Below are positions 57,501 to 64,000 of a stretch of 64,000 bases of DNA, piece after piece. Under the pieces are notes generated by a model. The model worked only from the letters and a program-made list of their open reading frames with translations. It was not told the DNA's origin and made no database searches. This DNA comes from Squalus acanthias (lineage: Eukaryota). Made by a program: the position numbers and the translations under genes. The stretch spans positions 744,001-808,000 of the forward strand of contig JASTWF010000088.1 in the NCBI GenBank assembly GCA_030390025.1, given 5' to 3'. Each line of letters opens with the position of its first letter. Position 1 is the stretch's first letter.

Positions 57501-60500
57501 ATAATATCCACACTGATGTTCAGCTCTGAATATCCAGTGAGTGAGGGAGCAGGGTTTGTGCAGAGTGCATCCCATAATATCCACACTGATGTTCAGCTCT
57601 GAATATCCAGTGAGAGAGGGAGCAGGGTTTGTGCAGAGTGCATCCCATAATATTCACACTGATGTTCAGCTCTGAATATCCAGTGAGAAGGAGCAGGGTT
57701 TGTGCAGAGTGCATCCCATAATATCCACACTGATGTTCAGCTCTGAATATCCAGTGAGTGAGGGAGCAGGGTTTGTGCAGAGTGTATCCCATAATATCCA
57801 CACTGATGTTCAGCTCTGAATATCCAGTGAGTGAGGGAGCAGGGTTTGTGCAGAGTGCATCCCATAATATCCACACTGATGTTCAGCTCTGAATATCCAG
57901 TGAGTGAGGGAGCAGGGTTTGTGCAGAGTGTATCCCATAATATCCACACTGATGTTCAGCTCTGAATATCCAGTGAGTGAGGGAGCAGGGTTTGTGCAGA
58001 GTGTATCCCATAATATCCACACTGATTCAGCTCTGAATATCCAGTGAGTGAGGAGCAGGGTTTGTGCAGAGTGCATCCCATAATATCCACACTGATGTTC
58101 AGCTCTGAATATCCAGTGAGTGAGGGAGCAGGGTTTGTGCAGAGTGCATCCCATAATATCCACACTGATGTTCAGCTCTGAATATCCAGTGAGGAGGAGC
58201 AGGGTTTGTGCAGAGTGTATCCCATAATATCCACACTGATGTTCAGCTCTGAATATCCAGTGAGTGAGGGAGCAGGGTTTGTGCAGAGTGTATCCCATAA
58301 TATCCACACTGATGTTCAGCTCTGAATATCCAGTGAGTGAGGGAGCAGGGTTTGTGCAGAGTGTATCCCATAATATCCACACTGATGTTCAGCTCTGAAT
58401 ATCCAGTGAGTGAGGGAGCAGGGTTTGTGCAGAGTGCATCCCATAATATCCACACTGATGTTCAGCTCTGAATATCCAGTGAGTGAGGGAGCAGGGTTTG
58501 TGCAGAGTGCATCCCATAATATCCACACTGATGTTCAGCTCTGAATATCCAGTGAGTGAGGGAGCAGGGTTTGTGCAGAGTGCATCCCATAATATCCACA
58601 CTGATGTTCAGCTCTGAATATCCAGTGAGTGAGGGAGCAGGGTTTGTGCAGAGTGTATCCCATAATATCCACACTGATGTTCAGCTCTGAATATCCAGTG
58701 AGTGAGGGAGCAGGGTTTGTGCAGAGTGCATCCCATAATATCCACACTGATGTTCAGCTCTGAATATCCAGTGAGTGAGGGAGCAGGGTTTGTGCAGAGT
58801 GTATCCCATAATATCCACACTGATGTTCAGCTCTGAATATCCAGTGAGTGAGGAGCAGGGTTTGTGCAGAGTGCATCCCATAATATCCACACTGATGTTC
58901 AGCTCTGAATATCCAGTGAGTGAGGGAGCAGGGTTTGTGCAGAGTGCATCCCATAATATCCACACTGATGTTCAGCTCTGAATATCCAGTGAGTGAGGGA
59001 GCAGGGTTTGTGCAGAGTGTATCCCATAATATCCACACTGATGTTCAGCTCTGAATATCCAGTGAGTGAGGGAGCAGGGTTTGTGCAGAGTGTATCCCAT
59101 AATATCCACACTGATGTTCAGCTCTGAATATCCAGTGAGTGAGGGAGCAGGGTTTGTGCAGAGTGCATCCCATAATATCCACACTGATGTTCAGCTCTGA
59201 ATATCCAGTGAGTGAGGGAGCAGGGTTTGTGCAGAGTGTATCCCATAATATCCACACTGATGTTCAGCTCTGAATATCCAGTGAGTGAGGGAGCAGGGTT
59301 TGTGCAGAGTGCATCCCATAATATCCACACTGATGTTCAGCTCTGAATATCCAGTGAGTGAGGGAGCAGGGTTTGTGCAGAGTGTATCCCATAATATCCA
59401 CACTGATGTTCAGCTCTGAATATCCAGTGAGTGAGGGAGCAGGGTTTGTGCAGAGTGTATCCCATAATATCCACACTGATGTTCAGCTCTGAATATCCAG
59501 TGAGTGAGGGAGCAGGGTTTGTGCAGAGTGTATCCCATAATATCCACACTGATCAGCTCTGAATATCCAGTGAGCGAGGGAGCAGGGTTTGTGCAGACGG
59601 TATCCCATAATATCCACACTGATGTTCAGCTCTGAATATCCAGTGAGTGAGGAGCAGGGTTTGTGCAGAGTGCATCCCATAATATCCACACTGATGTTCA
59701 GCTCTGAATATCCAGTGAGTGAGGGAGCAGGGTTTGTACAGAGTGCATCCCATAATATCCACACTGATGTTCAGCTCTGAATATCCAGTGAGTGAGGGAG
59801 CAGGGTTTGTGCAGAGTGTATCCCATAATATCCACACTGATGTTCAGCTCTGAATATCCAGTGAGTGAGGAGCAGGGTTTGTGCAGAGTGCATCCCATAA
59901 TATCCACACTGATGTTCAGCTCTGAATATCCAGTGAGTGAGGGAGCAGGGTTTGTGCAGAGTGCATCCCATAATATCCACACTGATGTTCAGCTCTGAAT
60001 ATCCAGTGAGAAGGAGCAGGGTTTGTGCAGAGTGCATCCCATAATATCCACACTGATGTTCAGCTCTGAATATCCAGTGAGTGAGGGAGCAGGGTTTGTG
60101 CAGAGTGTATCCCATAATATCCACACTGATGTTCAGCTCTGAATATCCAGTGAGTGAGGGAGCAGGGTTTGTGCAGAGTGTATCCCATAATATCCACACT
60201 GATGTTCAGCTCTGAATATCCAGTGAGTGAGGGAGCAGGGTTTGTGCAGAGTGCATCCCATAATATCCACACTGATGTTCAGCTCTGAATATCCAGTGAG
60301 TGAGGGAGCAGGGTTTGTGCAGAGTGCATCCCATAATATCCACACTGATGTTCAGCTCTGAATATCCAGTGAGTGAGGGAGCAGGGTTTGTGCAGAGTGC
60401 ATCCCATAATATCCACACTGATGTCAGCTCTGAATATCCAGTGAGTGAGGGAGCAGGGTTTGTGCAGAGTGCATCCCATAATATCCACACTGATGTTCAG

Positions 60501-63500
60501 CTCTGAATATCCAGTGAGTGAGGGAGCAGGGTTTGTGCAGAGTGTATCCCATAATATCCACACTGATGTTCAGCTCTGAATATCCAGTGAGAAGGAGCAG
60601 GGTTTGTACAGAGTGCATCCCATAATATCACACTGATGTTCAGCTCTGAATATCCAGTGAGTGAGGGAGCAGGGTTTGTGCAGAGTGTATCCCATAATAT
60701 CCACACTGATGTTCAGCTCTGAATATCCAGTGAGAAGGAGCAGGGTTTGTACAGAGTGCATCCCATAATATCCACACTGATGTTCAGCTCTGAATATCCA
60801 GTGAGTGAGGGAGCAGGGTTTGTGCAGAGTGTATCCCATAATATCCACACTGATGTTCAGCTCTGAATATCCAGTGAGTGAGGGAGCAGGGTTTGTGCAG
60901 AGTGTATCCCATAATATCCACACTGATCTTCAGCTCTGAATATCCAGTGAGTGAGGGAGCAGGGTTTGTGCAGAGTGCATCCCATAATATCCACACTGAT
61001 GTTCAGCTCTGAATATCCAGTGAGTGAGGGAGCAGGGTTTGTGCAGAGTGTATCCCATAATATCCACACTGATGTTCAGCTCTGAATATCCAGTGAGTGA
61101 GGGAGCCGGCTTTGTGCAGAGTGTATCCCATAATATCCACACTGATGTTCAGCTCTGAATATCCAGTGAGAAGGAGCAGGGTTTGTGCAGAGTGCATCCC
61201 ATAATATCCACACTGATGTTCAGCTCTGAATATCCAGTGAGTGAGGGAGCAGGGTTTGTGCAGAGTGTATCCCATAATATCCACACTGATCAGCTCTGAA
61301 TATCCAGTGAGTGAGGGAGCAGGGTTTGTGCAGAGTGTATCCCATAATATCCACACTGATGTTCAGCTCTGAATATCCAGTGAGGAGGAGCAGGGTTTGT
61401 GCAGAGTGTATCCCATAATATCCACACTGATGTTCAGCTCTGAATATCCAGTGAGTGAGGGAGCAGGGTTTGTGCAGAGTGTATCCCATAATATCCACAC
61501 TGATGTTCAGCTCTGAATATCCAGTGAGTGAGGGAGCAGGGTTTGTGCAGAGTGTATCCCATAATATCCACACTGATGTTCAGCTCTGAATATCCAGTGA
61601 GTGAGGGAGCAGGGTTTGTGCAGAGTGCATCCCATAATATCCACACTGATGTTCAGCTCTGAATATCCAGTGAGTGAGGGAGCAGGGTTTGTGCAGAGTG
61701 CATCCCATAATATCCACACTGATGTTCAGCTCTGAATATCCAGTGAGCGAGGGAGCAGGGTTTGTGCAGAGTGCATCCCATAATATCCACACTGATGTTC
61801 AGCTCTGAATATCCAGTGAGTGAGGGAGCAGGGTTTGTGCAGAGTGTATCCCATAATATCCACACTGATGTTCAGCTCTGAATATCCAGTGAGTGAGGGA
61901 GCAGGGTTTGTGCAGAGTGCATCCCATAATATCCACACTGATGTTCAGCTCTGAATATCCAGTGAGGGAGCAGGGTTTGTGCAGAGTGTATCCCATAATA
62001 TCCACACTGATGTTCAGCTCTGAATATCCAGTGAGTGAGGGAGCAGGGTTTGTGCAGAGTGTATCCCATAATATCCACACTGATGTTCAGCTCTGAATAT
62101 CCAGTGAGTGAGGGAGCAGGGTTTGTGCAGAGTGCATCCCATAATATCCACACTGATGTTCAGCTCTGAATATCCAGTGAGTGAGGGAGCAGGGTTTGTA
62201 CAGAGTGCATCCCATAATATCCACACTGATGTTCAGCTCTGAATATCCAGTGAGTGAGGGAGCAGGGTTTGTGCAGAGTGCATCCCATAATATCCACACT
62301 GATGTTCAGCTCTGAATATCCAGTGAGAAGGAGCAGGGTTTGTACAGAGTGCATCCCATAATATCCACACTGATGTTCAGCTCTGAATATCCAGTGAGTG
62401 AGGGAGCAGGGTTTGTGCAGAGTGTATCCCATAATATCCACACTGATGATCAGCTCTGAATATCCAGTGAGTGAGGGAGCAGGGTTTGTACAGAGTGCAT
62501 CCCATAATATCCACACTGATGTTCAGCTCTGAATATCCAGTGAGTGAGGGAGCAGGGTTTGTGCAGAGTGTATCCCATAATATCCACACTGATGGTCAGC
62601 TCTGAATATCCAGTGAGTGAGGGAGCAGGGTTTGTGCAGAGTGCATCCCATAATATCCACACTGATGTTCAGCTCTGAATATCCAGTGAGTGAGGGAGCA
62701 GGGTTTGTGCAGAGTGCATCCCATAATATCCACACTGATGTTCAGCTCTGAATATCCAGTGAGTGAGGGAGCAGGGTTTGTGCAGAGTGTATCCCATAAT
62801 ATCCACACTGATGTTCAGCTCTGAATATCCAGTGAGTGACGGAGCAGGGTTTGTGCAGAGTGTATCCCATAATATCCACACTGATCAGCTCTGAATATCC
62901 AGTGAGCGAGGGAGCAGGGTTTGTGCAGACGGTATCCCATAATATCCACACTGATGTTCAGCTCTGAATATCCAGTGAGTGAGGAGCAGGGTTTGTGCAG
63001 AGTGCATCCCATAATATCACACTGATGTTCAGCTCTGAATATCCAGTGAGTGAGGGAGCAGGGTTTGTGCAGAGTGCATCCCATAATATCCACACTGATG
63101 TTCAGCTCTGAATATCCAGTGAGTGAGGGAGCAGGGTTTGTGCAGAGTGCATCCCATAATATCCACACTGATGTTCAGCTCTGAATATCCAGTGAGTGAG
63201 GGAGCAGGGTTTGTGCAGAGTGTATCCCATAATATCCACACTGATGTTCAGCTCTGAATATCCAGTGAGTGAGGGAGCAGGGTTTGTGCAGAGTGTATCC
63301 CATAATATCCACACTGATGTCAGCTCTGAATATCCAGTGAGAAGGAGCAGGGTTTGTGCAGAGTGCATCCCATAATATCCACACTGATGTTCAGCTCTGA
63401 ATATCCAGTGAGTGAGGGAGCAGGGTTTGTGCAGAGTGCATCCCATAATATCCACACTGATGTTCAGCTCTGAATATCCAGTGAGTGAGGGAGCAGGGTT

Positions 63501-64000
63501 TGGACAGAGTGCATCCCATAATATCCACACTGATCAGCTCTGAATATCCAGTGAGTGAGGGAGCAGGGTTTGTGCAGAGTGTATCCCATAATATCCACAC
63601 TGATCAGCTCTGAATATCCAGTGAGTGAGGGAGCAGGGTTTGTGCAGAGTGCATCCCATAATATCCACACTGATGTTCAGCTCTGAATATCCAGTGAGAA
63701 GGAGCAGGGTTTGTGCAGAGTGTATCCCATAATATCCACACTGATGTTCAGCTCTGAATATCCAGTGAGAAGGAGCAGGGTTTGTACAGAGTGCATCCCA
63801 TAATATCACACTGATGTTCAGCTCTGAATATCCAGTGAGTGAGGGAGCAGGGTTTGTGCAGAGTGTATCCCATAATATCCACACTGATGTTCAGCTCTGA
63901 ATATCCAGTGAGAAGGAGCAGGGTTTGTACAGAGTGCATCCCATAATATCCACACTGATGTTCAGCTCTGAATATCCAGTGAGTGAGGGAGCAGGGTTTG
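54524..64000 (+). repeat. 73-bp satellite CCATAATATCCACACTGATGTTCAGCTCTGAATATCCAGTGAGTGAGGGAGCAGGGTTTGTGCAGAGTG(C/T)ATC
   Basis: About 130 highly homogeneous units; runs off the right edge of the window. Confidence 0.98.

Noticed and set aside
54524-64000. 73-bp array as CRISPR-like or as a multicopy 70-aa gene family
   Set aside because: No unique spacers and a eukaryotic context; the ORFs are the unit read through successive frames.

Overview
Vertebrate genomic DNA, almost certainly from a cartilaginous fish (shark-type beta-2-microglobulin, Deu-domain SINEs, CR1/L2 LINEs, Penelope-type hairpin repeats). About 80% of the window is tandem or low-complexity repeat: a ~35-bp G-rich satellite (1-27276), a 19-bp satellite (44710-54023), a 500-N gap, a 73-bp satellite (54524-64000) and several minisatellites. 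The only host gene is a compact four-exon b2m on the minus strand (coding 42890->39674, 110 aa). Its promoter carries an X1/X2-20 bp-Y module and an ISRE. A full-length Ty3/Gypsy LTR retrotransposon with an intact gag-pol ORF (8169-12678) sits inside the 35-bp satellite. The three strongest observations are: (1) an orphan ~150-bp cluster at 30157-30304 (X1/X2-20 bp-Y, ISRE, perfect NF-kB site, GAS) that looks like a distal MHC-type enhancer downstream of b2m; (2) the Gypsy element has no tRNA primer-binding site and instead carries a perfect 13-nt complement of its own LTR (self-priming or poly(A) occlusion), plus YLDN and DSC catalytic motifs; (3) a 174-bp insertion with a 12-bp target-site duplication folds into a 52-bp hairpin whose loop is a minimal hammerhead ribozyme core. 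Nearly all ORFs in the supplied track are repeat artefacts. Family assignments are from motif recognition by eye; no database search was run.
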